In this document: positions 37,176 through 46,794 of the stretch, in pieces
Numbering within the stretch: position 1 is the stretch's first letter
How the letters are laid out: every line of letters begins with the position of its first letter
Source: Nitrospirota bacterium
Lineage (GTDB): Bacteria; Nitrospirota; JACRHJ01
Reading direction: 5' to 3'
Assembly (NCBI GenBank): GCA_021784575.1
Contig: JAJYHX010000004.1
Span: 68,350 to 132,349, forward strand
Length of the DNA: 64,000 bases
Program-made: the position numbers and the translations under genes
The notes under the pieces: model-generated
The model's database searches: none
Told to the model about the DNA's origin: nothing
The model's input: only the letters and a program-made list of their open reading frames with translations

Positions 37176-37235
37176 TGTCCCTCATGTCCGAGGCCGGTTT
37201 ATCGGCTTGGTCTGAAGCCGGTCTATCAGCCCGGC

Positions 37236-37970
37236 TTACCGGCCTGCCCAGGGGCGCTTGCCTTCGATTGTGCCGCGCTCGATGAACTCGGTTATACGCT
37301 CGGCTATCTCCTCCGGCTCGTCGAGGAACGTAATAAGCTCCAAGTCGCCGGGGCTTATGGTAGCCTCGCGGAGCAGGTTGTCCGAGAGCCAGCTCCAAAG
37401 CCCGGACCAGAACTTCCTGTCCACCATGATTACCGGGAACGGGCGTATTTTCATGGTCTGGATGAGCGTCAGGGCCTCGAAGCACTCGTCCATCGTGCCG
37501 AAGCCGCCGGGGAAGATGATAAAACCGAAGGAGTATTTCACGAGCATGACCTTGCGGATGAAGAAGTGCCGAAACTGCACGGCCTTTGTGAGATAGGGGT
37601 TATGCTCCTGTTCGAGCGGAAGCTCGATATTCAACCCGATGGACTTGCCGCCGCTCTCGAACGCGCCCCTGTTCGCCGCTTCCATGATGCCGGGGCCGCC
37701 GCCGGTGATAACGGTGATGCCCTTTTCCGCCATTATCTTGCCCAGGCGGCGGGCGGTCTGGTAGCGCAGGTCGGTTGACTTGGAGCGGGCGGAGCCGAAG
37801 ACCGTTACCGCCGGCCCGACTCCGTGCATCTGCTCGAAGCCCTCCACAAACTCGGACATTATCCTGAACATCCGCCATGTGTCGCCGACCTTAAGCTCGT
37901 CTACGAGGAACTGCTCTTTTGTCAGGAAATCGCTGTTATTTTTTTCGTACGGAGGCCTTTTAGGTTCCAT
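37236..37970 (-). CDS. LOG family (TIGR00730) nucleotide phosphoribohydrolase
   Basis: GGGPGIMEA and Rossmann lysine-decarboxylase-like pattern. Confidence 0.85.
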   Translation of the reverse strand: MEPKRPPYEKNNSDFLTKEQFLVDELKVGDTWRMFRIMSEFVEGFEQMHGVGPAVTVFGSARSKSTDLRYQTARRLGKIMAEKGITVITGGGPGIMEAANRGAFESGGKSIGLNIELPLEQEHNPYLTKAVQFRHFFIRKVMLVKYSFGFIIFPGGFGTMDECFEALTLIQTMKIRPFPVIMVDRKFWSGLWSWLSDNLLREATISPGDLELITFLDEPEEIAERITEFIERGTIEGKRPWAGR

Positions 37971-38043
37971 AAAACCTCTTCTCGGAAAATTTCTGTTACT
38001 TTTCTTCCGGCAAACTTTCGGGGGAATTCGGCGGTTAAAGGTT

Positions 38044-38457
38044 TTATTTTACTACCAAAAGCTCCACCTCGAACTTCAAGGTCGCGTTCGGAGGAATCGG
38101 CCCGCCCGGCGTCCCTTGCGCGCCGTAACCCAGGCTCGGCGGGATTATAAGAATCCGGGTTCCCCCGACCTTCATTCCGGCGACGCCCTCGTCCCAGCCC
38201 GGTATTACCTGGCCCGCGCCGAGCTGGAAGGTGAAAGGCTCGTTCCTGTCCTTGCTCGAATCGAACTTCTTCCCGTTCATCAGCCACCCGGTATAGTTGA
38301 CCGTGACCGTCTCACCGGCCTTCGCAACCGCGCCCGTGCCCACCTTTACGTCATTGATAATCAGCCCGTCATTCATCTTCCTCTCCTTTGCGCATGCCGT
38401 CATAGGAATCACCACGACCAGCATGGCCGCGGCCAGAACCAGCAAAAGCTTTTTCAT
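38044..38457 (-). CDS. FKBP-type peptidyl-prolyl cis-trans isomerase lipoprotein
   Basis: Signal with lipobox (PMTACA). FKBP core GWDEGVAGMKVGG...IPPNATLKFEVELL. Confidence 0.9.
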   Translation of the reverse strand: MKKLLLVLAAAMLVVVIPMTACAKERKMNDGLIINDVKVGTGAVAKAGETVTVNYTGWLMNGKKFDSSKDRNEPFTFQLGAGQVIPGWDEGVAGMKVGGTRILIIPPSLGYGAQGTPGGPIPPNATLKFEVELLVVK

Positions 38458-38539
38458 TCCCGTCTCCTCCCGGCTAAAGTGTTATTGGCGGCTCCAAGGT
38501 TTCAGTTTAGTTAATTCCCGGCGGCAAGTCAATTAATTC

Positions 38540-38582
38540 TTGACATGAAAGGCCCATAGGTGCTACGTTTTTTAAAAAACGT
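38540..38582 (+). promoter_or_regulatory. Putative promoter (TTGACA -35) with overlapping 18-bp perfect palindrome ACGTTTTTTAAAAAACGT
   Basis: TTGACA at 38540-38545. Palindrome at 38565-38582, just upstream of the nikM-like ATG at 38610. Confidence 0.35.
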
Positions 38583-38609
38583 ATCACGGGATTTACAGGG
38601 ACAAGAAAA

Positions 38610-40466
38610 ATGCACATACCGGACGGGTATTTATCTCCCCAGACATTCGCGCCGATGTATGCGGTATCGGCGGGTTTCTGGGCCGTCGGCCTTAAGAAGC
38701 TAAGGCGCGAGCTTACCGTCAGGCAGGTGCCGTATCTTTCCATGGCCGCCGCGTTCTCCTTCCTCATAATGATGTTCAACATACCCATCCCCGGCGGCAC
38801 CTCCGGACACGCCGTCGGAGGCGGGATTATCGCCATACTCCTCGGGCCGTGGACTGCCGTGATAGCCGTGTCCGTCGTCCTGATGATACAGGCGCTTGTC
38901 TTCGGAGACGGCGGGATAACCTCCTACGGCGCAAACTGCTTCAACATGGCCATCGTCGCCCCGTTTGTTACGTGGTTCATATTCCGGGCCGTGGCCGGAG
39001 ACAAAAAGAAAGGCTTAAGGCCTCTGGCCGGGGCGTTTCTGTCCGGCTGGCTTGGGCTTTCAGCCGCCGCGGCCTGCGCCGGGGTGGAGTTCGGCATACA
39101 GCCGCTTATCGCGCACGGGCCGGGCGGCGCGCCGCTCTACGCCCCGTACCCGCTCTCCATTGCCCTGCCCGCGATGTTCCTGGGGCACTTCCTTGTCTTC
39201 GGCCCTTTTGAGGGCGTCGTAACGATGCTCCTTGTCAAATATTTTTATTCCACGGACGCCGAATTTGCGGCCGGAGCGCATACTGCGGGCAAAAGGCGCT
39301 GGAAGCTCTGGCTTGCGCTTGCCGCAATCGCGGCGCTTACCCCGCTCGGTATTATAATCCCGGCGAAATTTGGCGGCGGCAGCGCATGGGGCGAGTGGGG
39401 GGCGAATACGCTTAAGAAAGTGCTTGGCTATGTCCCCGCGGGGTTCCGGGGGCTTCATAATCTTTGGAACCCGCCGATGCCGAATTACGGCGCGGGTGCG
39501 GCCTCGTCCGGAGCGGGCGGGTATCTCGCGTCCGGGTTTACCGGCGCGGTCCTGGCCGTGGGACTGATATACCTGCTCTCAAGGTTCCTGAAAAAGGGGC
39601 GGCATAAGACCTCCCGGCTCTCATATCTCGACAAGGGCCTCTCGCACATAGCGAAGCTGACAAAGAGCTCCTATGTGCAGTGGGAGCTCTCGTCCCGGAA
39701 GGGTTTCCTCCAGGAGCTCGACGCGCGGGTAAAGGTGGTTTTTACTCTTCTGATGCTTGCCGCCGTAAATATCCGGAAAGACCTGCCGACGGAGCTGGTT
39801 ATAGCCGGCTTCGTCTTTGTCCTCGCGCTGGCGTCGAGGGCAGGCCTTAAGCTCATATACGGGAGGGTCGCGTTCATCGGGTTCTTCTTCGGCTTCCTCG
39901 TCGCCATGCCGTCCGCGCTGAATATAATCACGCCCGGAAGGCCGATATTCACGCTCGTCACCCTTCACGAGGCGCACACGTTCTGGTCATACAGGATACC
40001 GAAGGAAATCGGGATTACGTCCGGCGGACTTTTCGGCGTGGCGATGCTCACGATGCGCGTGGCAAACTCCGTGTCGCTTGCCATGCTCGTCCTTTTCACG
40101 ACGCCCTTCACGGAGATTATGCGCGCGCTGAAGGCCTTCCGAGTGCCGGACTCCGTCCTCGCGGTCGTGAACCTCACCTATAAATATATTTTTATATTCG
40201 CCAAGACGGTGGAGGACATGCACCTGGCGAAGATAAGCAGGACGGCGGGCGCGGTTAACGGCTCCGAGGCCAGGCGCTGGGCCGCGGGCAGGATGGGTAT
40301 AATTTTCAAGAAGACCCAAGTCCGGTGCGACGAGATATTCAAGGCCATGCTCTCGAGGGGCTTTACGGGCGAGATTAAACTCCGCGGGCAGGGAGCCATG
40401 AGAAAGTCCGACTGGCTTGCGCTCTTCGCGGCATGCGCGGCGGGAATAACGCTGATATTCGTTTGA
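38610..40466 (+). CDS. Fused ECF-type Ni/Co transporter membrane components (CbiM/NikM-N-Q-like fusion)
   Basis: N-terminal MHIPDGYL...GHAVGGG CbiM/NikM signature. Middle segment with AKFGGGSAWGEWG. C-terminal CbiQ/NikQ-like T-component helices. 618 aa. Confidence 0.75.
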   Translation: MHIPDGYLSPQTFAPMYAVSAGFWAVGLKKLRRELTVRQVPYLSMAAAFSFLIMMFNIPIPGGTSGHAVGGGIIAILLGPWTAVIAVSVVLMIQALVFGDGGITSYGANCFNMAIVAPFVTWFIFRAVAGDKKKGLRPLAGAFLSGWLGLSAAAACAGVEFGIQPLIAHGPGGAPLYAPYPLSIALPAMFLGHFLVFGPFEGVVTMLLVKYFYSTDAEFAAGAHTAGKRRWKLWLALAAIAALTPLGIIIPAKFGGGSAWGEWGANTLKKVLGYVPAGFRGLHNLWNPPMPNYGAGAASSGAGGYLASGFTGAVLAVGLIYLLSRFLKKGRHKTSRLSYLDKGLSHIAKLTKSSYVQWELSSRKGFLQELDARVKVVFTLLMLAAVNIRKDLPTELVIAGFVFVLALASRAGLKLIYGRVAFIGFFFGFLVAMPSALNIITPGRPIFTLVTLHEAHTFWSYRIPKEIGITSGGLFGVAMLTMRVANSVSLAMLVLFTTPFTEIMRALKAFRVPDSVLAVVNLTYKYIFIFAKTVEDMHLAKISRTAGAVNGSEARRWAAGRMGIIFKKTQVRCDEIFKAMLSRGFTGEIKLRGQGAMRKSDWLALFAACAAGITLIFV

Positions 40467-40473
40467 GGCATAA

Positions 40474-41283
40474 ATGGAAATCGCAGTCAGGATGGAGAAC
40501 GTCTCATACAGCTACTACGGCAGGATAAACGCCCTGTCCGGCGTAAACATGGAAATCGGGCGCGGAGAGCGGCTCGCGGTAATAGGCTCCAACGGGAGCG
40601 GAAAGTCCACGCTCCTCCAGGTCATGGACGGCCTGATAAGACCGGATTCGGGGAAGCTTTTCTACATGGGCCGCGAGGTCAGCCACGAGGCATTGAAGGA
40701 GCGCGAATTCCAGAGGTTCTTCCGGGGCGGGATGGGATATGTATTCCAGGATTCGGACGTCCAGCTCTTCTGCCCGACTGTGCTCGACGAGATGGTATTC
40801 GGCCCTATGCAGCTTGGGCTCTCCGAGGAAGAGTCGCTCGGCAGGGCGCGCGGCGTCATGGCCGAGCTCGGCATCGAGGGGCTGAAAGACCGTCCGTCCT
40901 ACATGCTCTCCGGCGGAGAGAAGAAGCGCGTCGCAATCGGCTCCGTGCTTGTGATGGAGCCTGAGGCGCTGCTCCTGGACGAGCCGACGAACGGGCTTGA
41001 CCCGAAGTCCCAGATGTTCCTGATAGAGCTTATGTTCAGGCTGAACGAGAAGGGCAAGACCATCGTCGTGGCGACGCACGACTTAGCCCTCGTGGACGAG
41101 CTGAACGGGACCGTCGCCGTGCTCTCCGAGGAGCATAAAATAGAGAAAATCGGCCCGGCGGACACTGTGCTCTCGGACCAGGAACTCCTGCTTAAGGTAA
41201 ACCTCGTGCATGAGCATGTCCATGCGCACGGCGAAACCATGCACCGGCACCTGCATTCCCACTATCAGTTCCACAAACATTAA
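40474..41283 (+). CDS. ECF transporter ATPase (CbiO/NikO) with His-rich C-terminal tail
   Basis: GSNGSGKST Walker A. LSGGEKKRVAIGSVL signature. C-terminus HEHVHAHGETMHRHLHSHYQFHKH. Confidence 0.85.
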   Translation: MEIAVRMENVSYSYYGRINALSGVNMEIGRGERLAVIGSNGSGKSTLLQVMDGLIRPDSGKLFYMGREVSHEALKEREFQRFFRGGMGYVFQDSDVQLFCPTVLDEMVFGPMQLGLSEEESLGRARGVMAELGIEGLKDRPSYMLSGGEKKRVAIGSVLVMEPEALLLDEPTNGLDPKSQMFLIELMFRLNEKGKTIVVATHDLALVDELNGTVAVLSEEHKIEKIGPADTVLSDQELLLKVNLVHEHVHAHGETMHRHLHSHYQFHKH

Positions 41284-41350
41284 GCGGTTTAAAAAATCCG
41301 CTTCCGGTGGTATCATATTTCCGGAGCGAGGTATATAAAAAGGAGGCAAA

Positions 41351-42472
41351 GTGTCAAAGGTATATTTCACCACCGCGCGGGGCACGCGCTGGGACTACCG
41401 CATGAGCGTCCTTGGGCGCTTCGAGAGGATGCTGTCCGAGTGCGGGCTTATGAACTTCGAGAAGGGCGAGTGCGTGGCCGTCAAGACCCATTTCGGCTCC
41501 GAAGGCGCGCACAGAATCGTCAGGCCGTCATTTCTGCGGAAGGTAACGGACGCCGTGAAGAGGGCGGGCGGAAAACCTTTCGTCACCGACTCCGTGCGGA
41601 TAATGGGAGTCGATTACCTTGAAGTGGCCAATCAGAACGGCATAAACCATCTCTCCGTCGGCGCGCCGGTGATACTCGCGGACGGCCCGTTCGGGAAGGA
41701 CAGCCTAATCGTGCCCGCGCCCGGAGAAGTTTTAGGCGAGATCGCCGTGGCGTCGGCCATACACGACTCTCCCGCGATGGTCGTCTGTTCGCACATCAAG
41801 GGGCATATACAGGCGGGATACGCCGGGGCGATAAAGAACCTGGCGATGGGCGGGGTCTCGGCGGCGCACAGGGAAGGCGGCTGGAAGAAGGGCCGCGGGC
41901 ATATGCACGCCCACGGCGAGGTGCCTCTTTCGTGGGACGCGGAGGCCTGCGAGTATTGCCGGCAGTGCGAGAACGTCTGCCCGAAAGGGGCCTTGAAATT
42001 CGTCGATGAAAAGCTTGAGCAGGACAAGTCCGAATGCTGGTTCTGCGGCAGGTGCGTCCGCGTATGTCCTTCCGGCGCGCTGACCTTGCCGATGGACAAC
42101 GACACCTTCCAGAAATCTCTCGCCGAAAGCGCGGGGGCCGTGCTCTCGACATTCAAGCCGGGCAAGGTAATCTACGTCAACTTCATGTTCGAGATACAGC
42201 CGGAGTGCGACTGTATGCCGTCATGCGATACGCCCATGCTCCAGGACCAGGGGATACTGGTATCGGACGACCCCGTGGCCGTCGAGCAGGCGACGGTAGA
42301 TATTCTGAGGAAGGCAGGCCCGCTGCCGGGTTCCGCCGCCGAGGAGCGGGAATGCAGGCCCGGCGACGACGTGCTTTCGATGGTGAACCCCAGGAACTAC
42401 ATGCTGTGCATCGAGCACGCGGAGAGGCTTGGACTGGGGAGCCGTGAATACGAGATGGCTGAGATAAGTTAG
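41351..42472 (+). CDS. DUF362-domain protein with two 4Fe-4S ferredoxin motifs
   Basis: CEYCRQCENVCP and CWFCGRCVRVCP motifs. DUF362-like N-terminus. Confidence 0.7.
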   Translation: MSKVYFTTARGTRWDYRMSVLGRFERMLSECGLMNFEKGECVAVKTHFGSEGAHRIVRPSFLRKVTDAVKRAGGKPFVTDSVRIMGVDYLEVANQNGINHLSVGAPVILADGPFGKDSLIVPAPGEVLGEIAVASAIHDSPAMVVCSHIKGHIQAGYAGAIKNLAMGGVSAAHREGGWKKGRGHMHAHGEVPLSWDAEACEYCRQCENVCPKGALKFVDEKLEQDKSECWFCGRCVRVCPSGALTLPMDNDTFQKSLAESAGAVLSTFKPGKVIYVNFMFEIQPECDCMPSCDTPMLQDQGILVSDDPVAVEQATVDILRKAGPLPGSAAEERECRPGDDVLSMVNPRNYMLCIEHAERLGLGSREYEMAEIS

Positions 42473-42473
42473 C

Positions 42474-42872
42474 CTATGCCCCCTTTACCGTCCGTAGCAT
42501 GTTGTAGACGAAAAGGGTTATAGAGATATACATCAGCGTGCCGAAGGCAAGCAGTATCCCGTTTCCGGCCGGCACGGCAAAGCTGCGGAGGAGCCACCCC
42601 GCCGTCATCCCCGCCATACCCGCCGACGCGAGCCAGAACTGGACGGTCATCATCTTCCTGCTGAATACGGGCCGGCCCGAGAACCGGGGCAGGATGTGAT
42701 AGCCCACGCCGAAAATCATCATGGACATCCAGCCGATGAGGTTCATGTGCACGTGCAGGGCGATTCTGTCCTGGCTCGCCGCGTCCGGAACAAAGAGGAA
42801 TACCAGCCCAAGGAGCGTGCCAAGCAGGAAATAGATTATACTCTGGCGTATAAACCACACGACTTCCCTGTC
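42474..42872 (-). CDS. Hypothetical 4-TM membrane protein
   Basis: Likely start MDREVVWF (a GGAG-type ribosome-binding site is not obvious). Conserved HVHMNLIGW / GYHILPRF segments. The ORF-track N-terminal extension is probably not translated. Confidence 0.45.
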   Translation of the reverse strand, partial: DREVVWFIRQSIIYFLLGTLLGLVFLFVPDAASQDRIALHVHMNLIGWMSMMIFGVGYHILPRFSGRPVFSRKMMTVQFWLASAGMAGMTAGWLLRSFAVPAGNGILLAFGTLMYISITLFVYNMLRTVKGA

Positions 42873-42949
42873 CATTTTGAACCTCCGCAGAAATGGGATA
42901 CGGCGCCAATGCGGAAACCGCATCGGGCAAGCCCGATGCAGTTTCGGCC

Positions 42950-43087
42950 TCAATGCGCCCCGTGGATGAACATCGGCAGGCACCTCGCGCACACCCAGAC
43001 GGCCTTCCCGTCCTGCTCGCACGAAATCAGAAGCCTCTCGCTGCTGTCCGTCCCGCAGCTTATGCAGACGTGCTTTGCATCGGCCAT
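42950..43087 (-). CDS. Small zinc-ribbon-like protein (45 aa)
   Basis: MADAKHVCISCG...VWVCARCLPMF, with GGAGG 7 nt upstream of the ATG. Confidence 0.35.
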   Translation of the reverse strand: MADAKHVCISCGTDSSERLLISCEQDGKAVWVCARCLPMFIHGAH

Positions 43088-43154
43088 GACAACCTCCGTT
43101 TGTTGTTGATGTATGAAGCTTACCATTTTCCCTGACGCGCGACCATGATATTTG

Positions 43155-43451
43155 TCAGCGTCCGGAGGCGAGTTCTTCGAGGGCGGCAACGCCCAAGCCC
43201 TCCGCCAGGATTGTCTTGGAGCGGGATGACCGGCCCCGGATGATGGATATTTTCGTCTTCGGGATATTCAGCTTCTCGGAGAGGAACCTGAGAAGCATCT
43301 CGTTTGCGGCGTCTTCTACCGGGGGCGCCGTCAGCTTTATCTTCAGCATACCCCCCGACACCCCCGCGACAAGGTTTTTCGACGAGCGGGGCAGCACCCG
43401 CACCTGAAAGATTATCCCGCCGCGCTCCTCGCGGACATTGAGCGAAGACAC
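43155..43451 (-). CDS. yggU: YggU/DUF167 family protein
   Basis: 98 aa with DUF167 pattern (GGIIFQVRVLPRSSKN...KIKLTAPPVEDAANE). Confidence 0.8.
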   Translation of the reverse strand: MSSLNVREERGGIIFQVRVLPRSSKNLVAGVSGGMLKIKLTAPPVEDAANEMLLRFLSEKLNIPKTKISIIRGRSSRSKTILAEGLGVAALEELASGR

Positions 43452-43461
43452 GGCCCCACGC

Positions 43462-43923
43462 CTACCGCAGGCCTTCCTGCTTATCTTCGTAGTTCAGCAT
43501 CTTCAGGTGGTCTTCTATGACGCCTTTTATCTTCAGGGTAAAGCGCTCCTTGACGCGGTTCAGCTCGGTTATTTCCTGCTCTACCTTTGCAAGCTCCTGA
43601 CGGGATTTCCGCATCATCTCCTCCGCATCCATCTCCGCCTGCTTCAGCCTGAGCGCCGTTTCCTTCTCGGCGGAAATACGCATCTCCTCCGACATCTTCT
43701 GCGCCGATACCAGGGTATCCCGGAGGTTCTTCTCGGTTTCCTTGAACTCCGCAAGCGACGTCTGCATCGCCTTATTCTCTTCCCGGAGCTGGTCGTTCTC
43801 GCGCATCAGCGCCTCCATCTCGGAGGTGACTTCTTCGAGGAATGAGTCCACCTCGTTCATGTCGAAGCCGCGGAACTTGAGGGAAAACTGCTTCTGCTTG
43901 ATGTCGAGGGGCGTTATGTTCAT
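43462..43923 (-). CDS. divIVA: DivIVA-domain cell-division protein
   Basis: Starts MNITPLDIKQKQFSLKFRGFDMNEVDSFLEEV, the canonical DivIVA N-terminus, followed by a coiled coil. Confidence 0.8.
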   Translation of the reverse strand: MNITPLDIKQKQFSLKFRGFDMNEVDSFLEEVTSEMEALMRENDQLREENKAMQTSLAEFKETEKNLRDTLVSAQKMSEEMRISAEKETALRLKQAEMDAEEMMRKSRQELAKVEQEITELNRVKERFTLKIKGVIEDHLKMLNYEDKQEGLR

Positions 43924-43933
43924 AGTTCCTCCG

Positions 43934-44227
43934 TCAGTGCATTCTTGCGGCAAGGTCGTTAAGAGAGGCTATCAGGAAATATTTGATAAACAGAATTACC
44001 ACAATCACGATAAGCGGCGAGAAGTCTATGCCGGTCATCGGGAGCTTCCTGCGGATGGGCCTGAGGACCGGCTCCGTCGCGGCGTAAAGGAACCGGACTA
44101 TCGGGTTGTACGGGTCCGGGTTCACCCAGGAGATGAGCGCGGCGATGATAACTACGTACATGTAGAAGGTAAGGATAATATCCAATACCAACGCGACCGC
44201 GTGAAGGAAATTGCCGATAATAAACAT
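43934..44227 (-). CDS. yggT: YggT family membrane protein
   Basis: 97 aa, two TM segments, YggT pattern (ISWVNPDPYNPIVRFL...EPVLRPIRR). Confidence 0.8.
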   Translation of the reverse strand: MFIIGNFLHAVALVLDIILTFYMYVVIIAALISWVNPDPYNPIVRFLYAATEPVLRPIRRKLPMTGIDFSPLIVIVVILFIKYFLIASLNDLAARMH

Positions 44228-44229
44228 TG

Positions 44230-45054
44230 TTATTTCCCCAGTTCCTGCGAGCGTTTCGTCGCCGCCTCGACAGCCGCGTAGAGCGCCGCCCGGAGGCCCT
44301 TTTCCTCAAGCGCCTGCAACCCCGCGATGGTCGTCCCGCCGGGAGACGTTACCATGTCCTTGAGCTTCGATAGCGGCTCTTTTGTCTGCATCGCCATGAC
44401 GGCCGCTCCGGCGAGCGTCTGGGCGGCGAGGGCGAAGGAGTGCTCCCTGGAAAGCCCCATACGCACACCGGCGTCGGAGAGCGCTTCGAGCATCACGAAA
44501 ACATACGCAGGCCCGCTTCCCGAAAGCCCCGTCACCGCGTCCATTAGTTTTTCGTCCGCGACGGTCACGACCGTCTTGCATATGCCGGACAGAAGCTCCG
44601 CCGCGATCTCCATATCCCCCGGCCTTGCGTTCGGCCCGGCAAACACCGCCGCCGCGCCCTCCTGCACCAGCGCGGGCGTATTCGGCATAACCCTTATCAC
44701 CCGGGCCTTCCTGCCCAGGGCCTTCTCTATCTTTGCGACGCTCACACCCGCCGCTATGGAAATTACAATCTGTTTCGAGGTACAGGCCCCGGATATTTCG
44801 GATAATACGCTCTCCGCATCCTTGGGCTTTACGGCCAGGATTATCACGTCCCTGCCCTTCGCCGCATTTAAATTATCCTCTGCCGCGCCCACCTCGTAAT
44901 ATTTCTTCATGTGCAGGAGCCGGTTGGGAGACGCGTCCGAGACGGTAATGTCTCTCTTTGGCACAATACCGGACGCAACGAGGCCCTTTACCATCGCCTC
45001 CGCCATGTTACCCGCGCCTATGAATGCGATTTTCCTGTTCATATCTCCTTTCAT
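44230..45054 (-). CDS. proC: Pyrroline-5-carboxylate reductase
   Basis: IAFIGAGNMAEA NADP-binding motif. ATG overlaps the yggS stop (ATGA). Confidence 0.85.
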   Translation of the reverse strand: MKGDMNRKIAFIGAGNMAEAMVKGLVASGIVPKRDITVSDASPNRLLHMKKYYEVGAAEDNLNAAKGRDVIILAVKPKDAESVLSEISGACTSKQIVISIAAGVSVAKIEKALGRKARVIRVMPNTPALVQEGAAAVFAGPNARPGDMEIAAELLSGICKTVVTVADEKLMDAVTGLSGSGPAYVFVMLEALSDAGVRMGLSREHSFALAAQTLAGAAVMAMQTKEPLSKLKDMVTSPGGTTIAGLQALEEKGLRAALYAAVEAATKRSQELGK

Positions 45055-45797
45055 GCCCTCGATCCGAAGATTGCCGTCCCGACGCGGACGAGTGTCGCGC
45101 CTTCCTCGACGGCGGCCTCGAAGTCCTGGGACATGCCCATCGAAAGCTCCGTCATATCGAATCCCTCTAACGCCAGTTCTGCCGCAAGGCGGTTCATCTC
45201 TTTGAAATACGGCCTGGATTTCTCCGGGTCGTTCGCTGCGGGCGGGACGCACATAAGCCCAATAATCTTCAGGTTTCCGAAGGCCGACGCCTCCTTCACA
45301 AACCCGGCCGCCTCTTCCGGACGAATACCGTGCTTGGTCTCTTCGGAGGCGATATTTATCTCAAGGAGCGCCTTCTGGATTATGCCTTTCTTTTTGGCCT
45401 GCCTGTCTATCTCGCGCGCAAGCTCAATGGATTCAAGCGAATGTATAAGATCAAATTCCCCGACCGCCTGCCGTGCCTTGTTCTTCTGAAGCGGGCCTAT
45501 CAGATGCCACACCGGCGGCGACGGCAGACCGGCTTCATGCGTGGCCGCCTTTAATCTGTCCAACTCCGGCTTCTTTGAGAGCGCCTCCTGGACGCGGTTC
45601 TCGCCCAGTATTTTCGCCCCGGCCTGCGCCGCCTCCACGACAAATTCGACCGGCACGGTCTTTGTCACGGCTACGAGCCGGACAGACGCCGGGGCCCTTC
45701 CGGCGCGCACGGCCGCGGCGTAAATCCTCGCCTCCACCGAGCGCAGCTTTTCCGCCACCAGGCTCATGGGCCTTTGCCTCGGAGTCCTTTCTTTCAA
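45051..45797 (-). CDS. yggS: YggS-family PLP homeostasis protein
   Basis: LVAVTKTVP...ILGENRVQE alanine-racemase-N-like fold. Confidence 0.85.
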   Translation of the reverse strand: MKERTPRQRPMSLVAEKLRSVEARIYAAAVRAGRAPASVRLVAVTKTVPVEFVVEAAQAGAKILGENRVQEALSKKPELDRLKAATHEAGLPSPPVWHLIGPLQKNKARQAVGEFDLIHSLESIELAREIDRQAKKKGIIQKALLEINIASEETKHGIRPEEAAGFVKEASAFGNLKIIGLMCVPPAANDPEKSRPYFKEMNRLAAELALEGFDMTELSMGMSQDFEAAVEEGATLVRVGTAIFGSRA

Positions 45798-45798
45798 G

Positions 45799-46599
45799 CT
45801 AAAGAAGGACGGCCAGAGCCATCATCCTGCCCGCCCGTCCGCCGCTCTTCCTGTGGGAGTAGAACTTCTCGGGGTTACACGCGGTGCATACCCCGAATAC
45901 GTATATCCTCTCGGACCTCATGCCCGCCCTCTCAAGTATCCTGCGATTGGCCTTCCAGAGGTCCAGAAACCAATGCTCAGGACGCGAATCGGTAACAAGT
46001 TCCGCCGCGTAGTCGGGCATGTAGCGCTCAAGCGGGTCGAAGACCTTCGAGTCTATTTCATAGCAGCAAGGCCCGATGGACGGCCCGATAGACGCAAAAA
46101 GGTTTTCCGGTCTTGAGCCGAAGTGGTTTCCCATTTCAGAAACCGCCTTCCCGGCAATCCCCTTTACCGTCCCGGCCCAGCCCGCGTGCACCGCCGCAAT
46201 CGCCGCTCTTTTCGGGTCGTATAGCAGAATGGGCGCGCAGTCCGCGGTAAGCACTCCTATCGGGACCCTTCTCAGGTCCGTCATTATAGCGTCGTACCCA
46301 TTGTGCGGCCTGGCCGCGTCAGGCTCCCGCAGGACGTATATGTCGTCCCCGTGAACCTGCGTGACAGTCTTTATCCTGGCGCCCGGCATGCCGAGCGCCG
46401 AGGTTATAAGCTCCCGGTTTTTCCGGACGTTTCCCGGGTCGTCTCCGGAACCCGACCCCATATTCAGGGAATCGAACGGATGCTGGCTTACGCCGCCCCG
46501 GCGGGTGGTGAATATACCCCGCGCGCCTTCCCACCCGGAGACCTCATAAAAACCCGCGCCGTTTATTTCGTTGAATACAAATGGCATCGATACCCGCAA
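45799..46599 (-). CDS. pgeF: Peptidoglycan editing factor PgeF / YfiH (DUF152, laccase-domain) protein
   Basis: Cu-oxidase_4 pattern including HAGWRGT-like and conserved His/Cys. Confidence 0.85.
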   Translation of the reverse strand: MRVSMPFVFNEINGAGFYEVSGWEGARGIFTTRRGGVSQHPFDSLNMGSGSGDDPGNVRKNRELITSALGMPGARIKTVTQVHGDDIYVLREPDAARPHNGYDAIMTDLRRVPIGVLTADCAPILLYDPKRAAIAAVHAGWAGTVKGIAGKAVSEMGNHFGSRPENLFASIGPSIGPCCYEIDSKVFDPLERYMPDYAAELVTDSRPEHWFLDLWKANRRILERAGMRSERIYVFGVCTACNPEKFYSHRKSGGRAGRMMALAVLL

Positions 46600-46693
46600 T
46601 CCGTCAAGTGCGATTAAAGCTTTGAAATTTTAACACCTTGCAGGTTAGGCTGTCAACATTCCAGAATATAAGACGCCGGGTTTTCGAGAACAT

Positions 46694-46729
46694 CAAAAAA
46701 ACCCATCCCCGTTACCGGAAATGGGTTTT
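46694..46729 (-). terminator. Rho-independent terminator after the lipoprotein gene
   Basis: Minus strand reads AAACCCAT-loop-ATGGGTTT followed by TTTTTGATG. Confidence 0.55.
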
Positions 46730-46794
46730 ATCGGCTTGTCAGGCAGACGGGCGCAATAAACTTAAGGCCCCTGCAAAATGGATGACCGGCGGAC

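Noticed and set aside
38565-38582. Calling the ACGTTTTTTAAAAAACGT palindrome a NikR box
   Set aside because: It does not match the GTATGA-N16-TCATAC NikR consensus. Kept only as an unassigned operator candidate.
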